64,000 nt of DNA from Myxococcales bacterium (GTDB lineage Bacteria; Myxococcota_A; Polyangia; Polyangiales; DASUME01). Every line of letters starts with the position of its first letter. Within the stretch, counting starts at the first letter, position 1. Made by a program: the position numbers and the translations under genes. The notes under the pieces are model-generated. The model saw only the letters and a program-made list of their open reading frames with translations, had not been told where the DNA came from and searched no databases. Below are positions 1 to 8,552 of the stretch, piece by piece. The DNA lies in contig JASGJH010000001.1 of the NCBI GenBank assembly GCA_047601445.1, positions 5,184,001 through 5,248,000 of the forward strand. The letters are read 5' to 3'.

Positions 1-84
1 GCTCAGCTCCTCCCGTCCATGCAGGTGCTCGAGCAGGAAGACGTCTGGTCCCAGCACGGATTCGACGGTCACATCGGTCGCCAC
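1..84 (-). CDS. vgrG: Type VI secretion tip protein VgrG, 5' end only (gene runs off the left edge)
   Basis: Not in the ORF track. The minus strand from GTG at 84 reads MATDVTVESVLGPDVFLLEHLHGREELS, resembling the typical VgrG N-terminus (LGxDxLLL..xxGxExLS). GAGGT RBS 8 nt upstream; adjacent to a DUF2169/DUF4150 cluster. Only 28 codons are visible. Confidence 0.7.
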   Translation of the reverse strand, partial: MATDVTVESVLGPDVFLLEHLHGREELS

Positions 85-482
85 GGGTCTTACCTCGGAG
101 CCGGTCGGTCGGCGCAGCTAGAGTTCAAGAAAGGCCATCACACGGAGTCCGCTCATGACCTTCCCCGCTGCCTCGCCAGGCGCATCGTTTCTTATAGCCC
201 GACCGAGTCCAGCGCGACGCAACTTTCGGCAGCAGAATCACCCCAAAAGGCGGGTTTCGCGACGCGAATGACCTCCCCGAGGATCGAGTTCGAGTCGCAC
301 GTACCCATGGCGAGCGCACGGAAAGGAGCGCGCGTGAGGAGCTTGGTCGGGGGACACTCGCAGAGCGCAGAAATGGGGTGAAGCGGAGCATTTTTTGGGT
401 GCTCGGGTCGCCGGGGTGAACGCATACTCGGGCGCGAGCGCTGGGCCGACCATCACGCCCGGCGAACCGGCCGTGCGACCCG

Positions 483-1853
483 ATGCCCTCTGATTTACCA
501 TCCTCTCAGCTGCTCTGGGACGTCGTCGAAGAGCACTTCGACGAAGCCTGCTTCCGTATGGAGCAGTTCGAAGCGCGGCTCGATTCGCCCGTGCTGAAGC
601 TGCGGGATCTCGGGCGCTATCCGGAGGAGCTCCTGCTCGCGCACGTCGATGCCCTGCTGGTCGCAGGCGCAGACGCGGAGCGTGAAATTCTTGTGCCTGC
701 GTTGATGGGGGCCAGTGCCGAGGAGAGCGCGCCTGGCGTGATTGCCGCGTGGGTCATGCTGGAGGCCGGACATTTCGAGGCGTTGCTGTCGGCGCTCGAA
801 CAAGCGCCCGCCGCGTGGCCAGCCGTGGCGCAAGCCGTGCGGCTCGCTGGGCATCGACACTTGGACGCTTGGCTCACGGGCCTGTTGCATCAGGACGCGA
901 AGCGCGACGATGCCGCTCGCGCCGGCCTGCTCGAGTGCGCTGCGGCGCGCCGCGTAGCGCCGCCCATCGTGCTCGAGGCGCTGCAAAGCGAGGATCCGAG
1001 CTTGGTGCGCGCAGCCACCAGGGCGCTCTTGCACAGCGAGCACGACGTGTACAGGCCCATCGTGGTAGACCTGCTTCGGCATGCCGATCCAGGAGTCCGC
1101 GAGGCAGCGCTCATCGCGGGGCTGCGCCTCGGCCTACCTCACACCTGGGCGACCTGCGAAGAATGGGCGTACGACGCGGCTCAGCCTTGCCCACCGGCCA
1201 CGGCGCTGTGCGCTGCGCTCGGAGGTCGCAAGCAACACGACCGCTTGTATGATCTCCGCCTGGTGCCGGGTGCCCGCAAGTCGGTGCTCTTTGCGCTCGG
1301 CTTTTCTGGCAACGCAGAGATGATTGGCCCACTCGTGCAGGACTTGGAGAGCAAGGACCCCGCGGAGGCCAAGCTCGCTGTCCAGGCGCTCGCGCTCATC
1401 GTGGGCTTCCAGCCAAGTGACGACGCCTTCGTCCTACCGTCGGGCGCGCCGCGAGAGGCGGCCGCAGCCCCGCCCCCAGCCGAGAAGGACGCCGAAGACC
1501 AGGCGTCTTTGCCCGCACTCGAGCAGGACGACCTCGACGCCGACCTCGTCCCGGCCCCCGAAGACTCTCTGCCCGAGCCAAATCTGCCCGCCATTCGCGA
1601 GCACTGTCTGCAACGTCAGCGCGAACTCGAGTCGAGCGGATCCAAGAGAGTGCTCTGGGGCGCGCCCTTCTCCTCGGAGCGCGTCGCGCATGTGTTCCTG
1701 CACGGGCCGCTGCGCGTTCGACACATGCTCGCGACCTCCTTCGGCCTCCGCAGCGACGGGCTCTGGTACGACACGCGCCGTCTTTCATCGGCGCAGCGCG
1801 CTCAGCTGGCAGCAACCTCCGAAGCACGCCTCGTGCGCTTCCTGGGCTGGTGA
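483..1853 (+). CDS. TIGR02270-family HEAT-repeat-like protein (T6SS effector-cluster accessory)
   Basis: N-terminal WDVVEEHFDEA...EELLLAHVDALLVAG and C-terminal LPxLEQDDLDADLVP...LPEP motifs; helical repeats; typical position upstream of DUF2169. Confidence 0.85.
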   Translation: MPSDLPSSQLLWDVVEEHFDEACFRMEQFEARLDSPVLKLRDLGRYPEELLLAHVDALLVAGADAEREILVPALMGASAEESAPGVIAAWVMLEAGHFEALLSALEQAPAAWPAVAQAVRLAGHRHLDAWLTGLLHQDAKRDDAARAGLLECAAARRVAPPIVLEALQSEDPSLVRAATRALLHSEHDVYRPIVVDLLRHADPGVREAALIAGLRLGLPHTWATCEEWAYDAAQPCPPATALCAALGGRKQHDRLYDLRLVPGARKSVLFALGFSGNAEMIGPLVQDLESKDPAEAKLAVQALALIVGFQPSDDAFVLPSGAPREAAAAPPPAEKDAEDQASLPALEQDDLDADLVPAPEDSLPEPNLPAIREHCLQRQRELESSGSKRVLWGAPFSSERVAHVFLHGPLRVRHMLATSFGLRSDGLWYDTRRLSSAQRAQLAATSEARLVRFLGW

Positions 1854-1856
1854 TGC

Positions 1857-3281
1857 ATGCCGGCGCGAGACACAGTTTCCACGACGAGATCGGCCCAGTC
1901 GGGCCTCACCCCAAACCAGCTAGCGTCCTTCGAACCTCACCGGCAAGCTGAGCAAGTGAGTCCACACGATCACACTGCACGGATCGTCGACACGGACGCG
2001 GGTGCTCCGGGCGAGCAGGAGCGCAATCGCTACGACGAGCTGCCTTATCGCTCGCTTCCTGTCGAGTGGTCGGCGCCAGAAAGACTCGCCCTCTGTTCGG
2101 TCCTGCATGGCGGCCCCCGCGTGTCACTGAAGAGCTACAGGGTGCTCGAACTCGGTTGCGGCGATGGTGCCAACCTGATCGCGCTCGCCTACTACCGCCG
2201 GCACGCTCGCTTCGTGGGCGTCGACGGTTCGGCCGGAGCCATCGCGCGTGCCCGTGCGCGTTGCCTCGAACTCGGCCTGCAGAACGTTCACTTCGAGCAC
2301 GCAGATTTCGGAGAGCTCGGCCAACGGTTCGATCTCCCTTTCGATTTCATTCTTGCCCACGGAGTGTTCTCATGGGTATCCCACGAGACCCGCGACTCCC
2401 TATTGAGCTGGTGCAAGAGGCTCCTGTCCCGCGCGGGTTTGTTGTATCTCAACTACAACACCAAACCTGGTTGGAACGTGCGCGGCATGGTGCGTGAATT
2501 CCTGCTGTCGCAGACGGCCCATGCCAGCTCGCTCGCCGAGCGTACGCGTCTGGCTCAGGAGATTGCGGCCAGCATGGCCGGGTCCATGGCGACCCAAAGC
2601 CATCCATACATGCAACTCATGGCGAACGAATACCGCTTCGTCTGTGACGCGCATCCGTCGTACGTCGCGCACGAGTTCCTCGCGGAGCACAACCACGCAT
2701 ACTGGCGCAGCGAGTTCCTGGAGCTTTCGCGCGCTGCCGGCTTCCAACACGTGGCGGACGCCGACTTCAACTACGAGTCTGGTCGCATCGCTCCGACATT
2801 GCCCGCCCAGATCACCGCTGCAGGACTCGGCGGTCCCCGGCTCGACGACACCATCGACCTACTCTCGTACCGCCAGCTGCACTCGCCCGTCTTCACGCAT
2901 CACGGTGAGCCGCAGCGAAGCCCCGGCGCCCAGGAATTTTCGGAGCTCTTCCTCGCGTGCGAGCTGCGCTCCCTCGGGTCATCTGCCTCGGCACCGTGGC
3001 GGATGGCACATCCGACCGGGCGCGAGGTGGAGATCGCGCAGAAAGTCCTGCACGATGTGCTCGCTGCGACTGCGACCCGCTGGCCAGCCGGCGGCCGCAT
3101 CGGCGCTCTGTTCGGGGACGTGACGCCGTGGCTGGACGACCTGGTCCTGCTCCATCGATATGCGATGATCGAGCTGCGCATGCCGGGAGAGGCGTCTCCG
3201 CCATCCGCGGCGGAGCTGAACGCCCGCGAGTGGGCCTGGGGCGGCTACCGTACGTCACCTTTTCATCGATGTGAGTTCTAG
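1857..3281 (+). CDS. Class I SAM-dependent methyltransferase with MethyTransf_Reg-type regulatory domain
   Basis: YDELPYRS lead-in, motif I VLELGCGDG, FDFILAHGVFSWV, YNTKPGW, YVAHEFLAEHN. True start may lie further downstream. Confidence 0.85.
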   Translation: MPARDTVSTTRSAQSGLTPNQLASFEPHRQAEQVSPHDHTARIVDTDAGAPGEQERNRYDELPYRSLPVEWSAPERLALCSVLHGGPRVSLKSYRVLELGCGDGANLIALAYYRRHARFVGVDGSAGAIARARARCLELGLQNVHFEHADFGELGQRFDLPFDFILAHGVFSWVSHETRDSLLSWCKRLLSRAGLLYLNYNTKPGWNVRGMVREFLLSQTAHASSLAERTRLAQEIAASMAGSMATQSHPYMQLMANEYRFVCDAHPSYVAHEFLAEHNHAYWRSEFLELSRAAGFQHVADADFNYESGRIAPTLPAQITAAGLGGPRLDDTIDLLSYRQLHSPVFTHHGEPQRSPGAQEFSELFLACELRSLGSSASAPWRMAHPTGREVEIAQKVLHDVLAATATRWPAGGRIGALFGDVTPWLDDLVLLHRYAMIELRMPGEASPPSAAELNAREWAWGGYRTSPFHRCEF

Positions 3282-3283
3282 CG

Positions 3284-4297
3284 ATGTGGGAACTGGTTAA
3301 TCGCACCCCTTACGCCGTCGAGAGGTCGTGGACCATCGACAAGAACGGCGCGCACGTTTGGCTCGTCGCGGTGAAGGCAACCTTCAGTATCCAGGAGAAT
3401 GGGAAGCTCGAGCTCGCGGACGAGCAGGCGCCTGTGGTCCTGGCGCCGGAGTTTTGGGGGGACCCCGCCCAATCCAGCGTCCGCTACGACAACGAGGTAA
3501 CGCCGCCCAAACCCAGCACGGATGTGCTGGTGGAAGGGAGCGCCTATGCGCCCCGACGCCAGCGTGTCAGTGAGGTCCAGGTGTCTTTGCGCACCTCGGA
3601 GTTCGAGAAGTCGCTGCTCGTGTACGGCCCACGCGTCTACTTCATGAACAACTTGGGAGGACTCGGAGTGAGCGACGCCGAGTTCTTCGAGAGCTTTCCG
3701 ATCCGCTATGAAGACGCCTATGGCGGATCCGACCTGACGGATCCCGATCCGGGGAAGCAGCGCTTCGATGCCCGAAACCCTGTTGGAAAGGGTGTCACGG
3801 CTCAGCTCATGCGACTCCATCACCAGCCAGCCCATCGCATCGAGTACACGAGCGGCAGTGTCACCTCGCGCGGGCCGGCTGGCTTTGGTCCCTTGGCGAG
3901 CTTTTGGTCGCCCCGTCGCGAGCGCGGAGGCACCTACGACGATCGTTGGGATAAGAAGAAGAAGCCGCTCCTACCGGACGACTACGACGAAAAATGCCTC
4001 TTGAGCGCCCCCGATGACCAGCGGCCGGCGCGTCCGCTCGCAGGCGGGGAGCACGTTCAGCTCGTGAACATGACGCCGTGTGGTCGCCTGACCTTGCAGC
4101 TACCCAAGATCTACCTGACGTTTTCCTCGACCTTCGGTGAACGCAACGAAGAGCACCGCAGCCGCCTTGGCACGGTCATCATCGCACCGGATGACGGAAA
4201 GCTGATGCTGGTCTGGAATACCTCACTCGTCGTGCGAGCCCCCGACGTCGACTACCTCGACAAGACCGTGATTGCCGAGAAGCCCTATCTCACATGA
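3284..4297 (+). CDS. DUF2169-family T6SS effector adaptor/chaperone
   Basis: MWELVNRTPYA...VAVKATF, PKPSTDVLVEGSAYAP, YEDAYGG, NPVGKG, PAGFGP..W.PR...GGTYD motifs. Confidence 0.92.
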   Translation: MWELVNRTPYAVERSWTIDKNGAHVWLVAVKATFSIQENGKLELADEQAPVVLAPEFWGDPAQSSVRYDNEVTPPKPSTDVLVEGSAYAPRRQRVSEVQVSLRTSEFEKSLLVYGPRVYFMNNLGGLGVSDAEFFESFPIRYEDAYGGSDLTDPDPGKQRFDARNPVGKGVTAQLMRLHHQPAHRIEYTSGSVTSRGPAGFGPLASFWSPRRERGGTYDDRWDKKKKPLLPDDYDEKCLLSAPDDQRPARPLAGGEHVQLVNMTPCGRLTLQLPKIYLTFSSTFGERNEEHRSRLGTVIIAPDDGKLMLVWNTSLVVRAPDVDYLDKTVIAEKPYLT

Positions 4298-5343
4298 TGG
4301 ACGCGATTCACATCGTGGCGCTCGGTGCGCGCACGCCGGTGGGACTCGATGCCGCTGGAAGCGCGGCGGCGGTACGCGCCGGGATCAGTCGCATTGTGCT
4401 CCATCCATTCATGGCAGACCAGCTCAACGAGAATGTGAAGGGGGCCATCGACGGAGCCTTCGACGCTGGGATTCTCGGCTGGGAACGCATGGCGGCCCTG
4501 GCGGGCTTCGCGCTCGCCCAGGTGACTGCTCCGATCGCAGCTGCCAAGCCCGGGGCGGTGCTGCCCGTACTTCTGGCCATGCCGGAGGAACGCCCCGGAT
4601 TCTCGGCGCATGACGAGCGCTGCATCACCAACAAGCTGTTGGCTGCGCAGGCCGATCTCGGCCGGCCCGTGGACATCCGTGTGAGTGGGCGCGGTCACGC
4701 AGGCGGACTGGAGGCCATGGTCGACGCCGCGACGCGGATCCGCGCAGGCCAGCACGATGTCTGTATCGTCGGTGGAGTCGATAGCTACTTCGATTTCGAC
4801 ACCCTCGATTGGTTGCAGGAGCATCGCCAGTTGTCGACGGGCGAGAGCCGTGCAGGTTTTCCGCCAGGTGAGGCGGCCGGCTTCGTCGCACTCGCCTCCG
4901 CCCGGGCGTGTCGAACATTGAGACTGCCCAGCCTCGGAGTACTCCGCAGCTCGGGTACCGCCCAGGAGTCACGGCTGATTAAGGGCGACCTCGCAAGTCT
5001 CGGCCGCGGTCTTGCCGACGCCATCGCCAGTGCTCTGCAGGGACTGCGTCTCCCCGAACAGAGCCCGGATGTCATGTACTGCGACATCAACGGTGAGCGT
5101 TATCGCAGCGAAGAGTGGGGACTTGCCATTCTGCGCACTCCCCATGCAGTGCGTAAGCTCGACTTCGTTGCACCCGTGGATTGTTGGGGCGACGTGGGCG
5201 CGGCCACGGGACCGCTCCTGTGTATGCTGGCGCTGCGCTCATGGGCCCGTGGCTACGCCGAGGGACCACGCGCGCTGGTCTGGGCTGGTTCAGAAGCAGG
5301 CCTGCGCGCGGCGCTGGTGCTCGAAGCAACGGACGGGCGGTAG
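4294..5343 (+). CDS. Beta-ketoacyl-synthase-like protein (PRK06147 type), T6SS effector accessory, probably non-catalytic
   Basis: LGARTPVG, GGVDS, PGEAAG, CDINGERYRSEEWG, GDVGAA. GHAGG occupies the position of the catalytic Cys motif. ATGA overlap with DUF2169. Confidence 0.88.
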   Translation: MMDAIHIVALGARTPVGLDAAGSAAAVRAGISRIVLHPFMADQLNENVKGAIDGAFDAGILGWERMAALAGFALAQVTAPIAAAKPGAVLPVLLAMPEERPGFSAHDERCITNKLLAAQADLGRPVDIRVSGRGHAGGLEAMVDAATRIRAGQHDVCIVGGVDSYFDFDTLDWLQEHRQLSTGESRAGFPPGEAAGFVALASARACRTLRLPSLGVLRSSGTAQESRLIKGDLASLGRGLADAIASALQGLRLPEQSPDVMYCDINGERYRSEEWGLAILRTPHAVRKLDFVAPVDCWGDVGAATGPLLCMLALRSWARGYAEGPRALVWAGSEAGLRAALVLEATDGR

Positions 5344-5346
5344 GTC

Positions 5347-6744
5347 ATGGGAACGGTCGCCGTCAACGCACCCAAGTCGCCCGTCACCAAGGGAAGTCAG
5401 GGAGTCGCGGCCGCCGCCGTCCCCAACGTATGCAAGATGCCGGGGCCGCCAGCGCCCTTCGTGCCGACACCTCTACCGAACATCGGCAAGAGCATGCTGT
5501 CTCCGGACGGCTATTCCACGAGCGTGACGATCGAGGGCAACGCGGTCGCCATCAAGGGCTCGAGCTTCACCTCCATCGGTGACATCGCCAGCAAGGCCAC
5601 GGGAGGCGGATTGATTTCCGCCGCCACGCACGGCAAGACCACGTTCTCAGGGCCCGGCTCGATGGACGTGAAGATCGAGGGCAAGAACGTCCAATTGCTC
5701 GGCGATCCGACGTTGAATAACTCGGGCAGTCCGGCCAACTCGGCGAGTCCAGCCACGGTGCAGCAACCGGGCACTCCCGCAGTGACGAGTGACGACCCCT
5801 GCGAAGCGATCAAAACCAAGTTCGGCATCGAGACGGGCTCGCACAAGGCAAACACCAGCGGCAAATCCAAGAAGACTTCGCGCGCCTACCAGAGTCACCA
5901 CGTTCTCCAAGATGCCGCGATGAAGCTGCTGTGTCCGCGCGACGAAGCTTGCGCCATCATGCTGGAGAACAGCCACAAGGGCACCGAGCATGGGAGAATC
6001 ACCGCCAGGCAGAACCGGCGCAAACACAACAAGAAGAGTGGAAGCGGTGCGGTCCCCGGGGTGACGTTTGGCCAGGTCAAGAAGCAAGCGCGGGACGACC
6101 TGGTCAAGGGCCTCAAGGGAAGACGCCGGGAAGGGAACAAAGCAAGTGGCCGGGCGATGACCAAGAAGGAGGCAGAGCAGGCCGCCGACTGCATCGTGGC
6201 CGAGGCCGAGGCCGCGGCGAAGAAGGAGGCATCGCGAAAGAAGCCGCCGGTAGACCTGAACGACGACACGCCAGTGCAGCAGCCGGGTGGCTGCTTCGCC
6301 GGCGGAACCCTGGTGCGCATGGCATCCGGCAACTTGCGTGAGGTAACGCTCCTGCAGCCGGGCGACCGACTGCAAACTCCGAGCGGAGATGCCGCGCTCG
6401 TTCGCATCGATCCCTGCCGGCACAGCGTGGTGGAGCTTGGCGTGGGCGAGTCCACGCTGATGGTAGCGACCTACCATCGATTCTACGACGAAGAAGGCTA
6501 TCCGGTTCGCGCTGGTGACCTGCGCGTCGGTGACAGGGTCGCCACTGCGCATGGCTCGATTGAGATCACCCAGCGACGCCTACGGGACGCGCCTGCGCTC
6601 ATCTACCGCCTCGGATTCTCACGGGACATCCAGTGCCTGCTCGGCGCCGATGCCGTTCTGGCCGAAGGTCGCTTTGCTGGGCCGCCCGTAGCGCGGCACG
6701 AAACCGTGTCCCTGTTCACGCCCGGAGCTCTCACATGCCCGTGA
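5347..6744 (+). CDS. T6SS effector: PAAR-like DUF4150 domain + SHH-type HNH/EndoVII nuclease toxin + C-terminal Hint domain
   Basis: N-terminal PNVCKMPGPPAPFVPTPLPN...GD..SMDVKIEGKNV (DUF4150). Central YQSHHVLQD...AIML...H...I..RQNRR (Tox-SHH-like). From Cys316 (nt 6292): CFAGGTLV...PGD...HRF...AGDLRVGDRV (Hint blocks). Confidence 0.82.
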   Translation: MGTVAVNAPKSPVTKGSQGVAAAAVPNVCKMPGPPAPFVPTPLPNIGKSMLSPDGYSTSVTIEGNAVAIKGSSFTSIGDIASKATGGGLISAATHGKTTFSGPGSMDVKIEGKNVQLLGDPTLNNSGSPANSASPATVQQPGTPAVTSDDPCEAIKTKFGIETGSHKANTSGKSKKTSRAYQSHHVLQDAAMKLLCPRDEACAIMLENSHKGTEHGRITARQNRRKHNKKSGSGAVPGVTFGQVKKQARDDLVKGLKGRRREGNKASGRAMTKKEAEQAADCIVAEAEAAAKKEASRKKPPVDLNDDTPVQQPGGCFAGGTLVRMASGNLREVTLLQPGDRLQTPSGDAALVRIDPCRHSVVELGVGESTLMVATYHRFYDEEGYPVRAGDLRVGDRVATAHGSIEITQRRLRDAPALIYRLGFSRDIQCLLGADAVLAEGRFAGPPVARHETVSLFTPGALTCP

Positions 6745-7634
6745 TCGCGGCCAAGAAGCCCAAACCCACTCAGTTCCAGGTCCGCTTTGGTCCGTCCGTG
6801 GGCAAAGCCGATGACTTCTGGGTGCTCGCCTATTGCCCTGAGCAGGACGAGCTCGAGCGGGAAGAGAACCCTGACCACACGCAGTTCACGTACGTGCTGC
6901 GCTATCGGCTTCCGGAGCGCACGCTGGTGGGGCGCTACCCGGCGCGTCTCGACGGTCTCTGGCAACGCAGTGACGGAACGCTATGGGCCGTGGGCGACAC
7001 CCTTGGCTACGTGGAGATCAGCGCGGCTGGAATGACGGAGATCGCCCTGGACCCCGTGCCCGGGCAGTTCTCGTCGATCTGGGGTCTCGATGATGACCAC
7101 GTGTTCACGTGCGGAATCGAGGAGCCCTTCGCCTACTACTACCTGAACGGAAAGTGGAACCAACTGCCACTTCCCGAAGGGACCGAGAACGTGAGTGACG
7201 TGCGCGCGTTCGGGCCGGACGACGCCTACTTCGTGGGTGACGAGGGCCAAATTCATCATTTCGATGGTCGCACCGTGTCACGGGTCAAGGCGCCGGTGCG
7301 ACGACATCTCACCGCCATCGTTCGACTCGACGACAAGCGCCTGTGCATCGGTGGCTATCAGGGGACCTTGATGGTCGGTAGTCTTGGCGCCTGGCGTCAC
7401 CAGGTGACCAACACGACAGACCCCTTGCTGGCCCTGGCGGCCCTCGACGGTCACGCGTACTACGGCGCCGACGAAAAGGTGTGGGTGACCGATGGAGTCC
7501 AGCCACCGACGGTAGCGATTGACTTCGCGGCACGCTGGGTCAGCGGGCTCGTCGATGGTCTCGTTTTGAGCCATGAAGAGGAAGCCAAACTATACGCCGC
7601 GGGCATGCTAACCGACCTGGACCTATCCATCTGA
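6735..7634 (+). CDS. Putative immunity protein 1 (beta-propeller-like)
   Basis: ATG 6735 with GGAG RBS overlaps the toxin stop; repeated short beta motifs (IWG...VFTCG, DVRAFG..AYFVG.EG.I.HFDG); no signal peptide. Confidence 0.65.
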   Translation: MPVIAAKKPKPTQFQVRFGPSVGKADDFWVLAYCPEQDELEREENPDHTQFTYVLRYRLPERTLVGRYPARLDGLWQRSDGTLWAVGDTLGYVEISAAGMTEIALDPVPGQFSSIWGLDDDHVFTCGIEEPFAYYYLNGKWNQLPLPEGTENVSDVRAFGPDDAYFVGDEGQIHHFDGRTVSRVKAPVRRHLTAIVRLDDKRLCIGGYQGTLMVGSLGAWRHQVTNTTDPLLALAALDGHAYYGADEKVWVTDGVQPPTVAIDFAARWVSGLVDGLVLSHEEEAKLYAAGMLTDLDLSI

Positions 7635-7652
7635 GACGAGCGGAGAATCTAC

Positions 7653-8528
7653 ATGGCCCCTAAGACCCTGCGTGTGACTTCGGCATTTGGGAGGACGCTG
7701 AAGGAAGCCATTTTGCTGGCTTACCATCCCGATGAGTACCCGAAGGGCATCCGCCGGACCTTTCTGCTGCGGTTGCAGGGGGATCGCGCAGTGGTGCTCG
7801 AGGAGCGGCCCTATCTACTCGGATGTGCCTGGTATTCGTCGAGCGGCACGACCTATTGCAGCGTTGTCGACAGCGGAGCGATCCACCGCTGGCACGCCGG
7901 TCAGTGGTCCGAAGAGACCTTCTCGTCCAAGCCTGCCGAGGTCCGCTACGTCTACGTGGTTCCAGGTGCCAAGCCCGAGGACGATACGGTGTTCCTCGCA
8001 GGAGAAAAGCAGCTGTTCGTGCGCCAGGCGGGGAAATGGCTGAGCAAGCGTATCCCAGGGCAGGGGTTTCCGTTCCAGGTGACGGGCACAAGCGCCGACC
8101 AGGTGTACGTCGGAGCGTCCGAGCTCAGCGTATGGGATGGCAAGAAACTCAACTCGCTCGAGTCTCCGGATGATGACTCGATGAGCGGCCTCGCGCTCAC
8201 TGCAGACGACCGTCTGATCGGAGGCAACGACTTCATCAGCGCCTCCACGAGCGACGGCGGCTGGGAGCGCATTCCCACACCGTTCAAGGGAGTCTTCATG
8301 TTTGCTCGGCTTGGAGATGACGTCTACGCGCTCACCGACAAGCAAGGCGTTGCGAAGGTGTATCCGGGTCCCATCCAATCCTTCACGCGTCCGCTGGACG
8401 CGCTGGGACTGCTCGCGGTGGGAGATGGGTTGATCGCCTTTGGACGCGACGGTGTGCTCGCATTCGACGGCACGAGATGGTTCGAGGTGCACATGCCCTC
8501 CTGTGAGTTAGGGCAGGCCCCAGCCTGA
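7653..8528 (+). CDS. Putative immunity protein 2 (beta-propeller-like, probable divergent paralog)
   Basis: GGAGA RBS; similar length and repeat pattern to the upstream gene (AY.P.., VWDG, AFDG..W); co-oriented after the toxin. Confidence 0.6.
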   Translation: MAPKTLRVTSAFGRTLKEAILLAYHPDEYPKGIRRTFLLRLQGDRAVVLEERPYLLGCAWYSSSGTTYCSVVDSGAIHRWHAGQWSEETFSSKPAEVRYVYVVPGAKPEDDTVFLAGEKQLFVRQAGKWLSKRIPGQGFPFQVTGTSADQVYVGASELSVWDGKKLNSLESPDDDSMSGLALTADDRLIGGNDFISASTSDGGWERIPTPFKGVFMFARLGDDVYALTDKQGVAKVYPGPIQSFTRPLDALGLLAVGDGLIAFGRDGVLAFDGTRWFEVHMPSCELGQAPA

Positions 8529-8552
8529 GCCAAGCATCTCCCGTTCTAGCCT

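Noticed and set aside
19..381. 120-aa + strand ORF
   Set aside because: Overlaps the better-supported minus-strand vgrG start and the intergenic region; no recognisable motifs.
1857..5343. Possible polyketide/fatty-acid cluster (methyltransferase + ketosynthase)
   Set aside because: The KS lacks catalytic residues, there is no ACP or AT, and the context is a DUF2169/DUF4150 T6SS cassette.
6292..6744. Canonical splicing intein
   Set aside because: No terminal His-Asn followed by Cys/Ser/Thr and no homing endonuclease; treated as a Hint autoprocessing domain instead.
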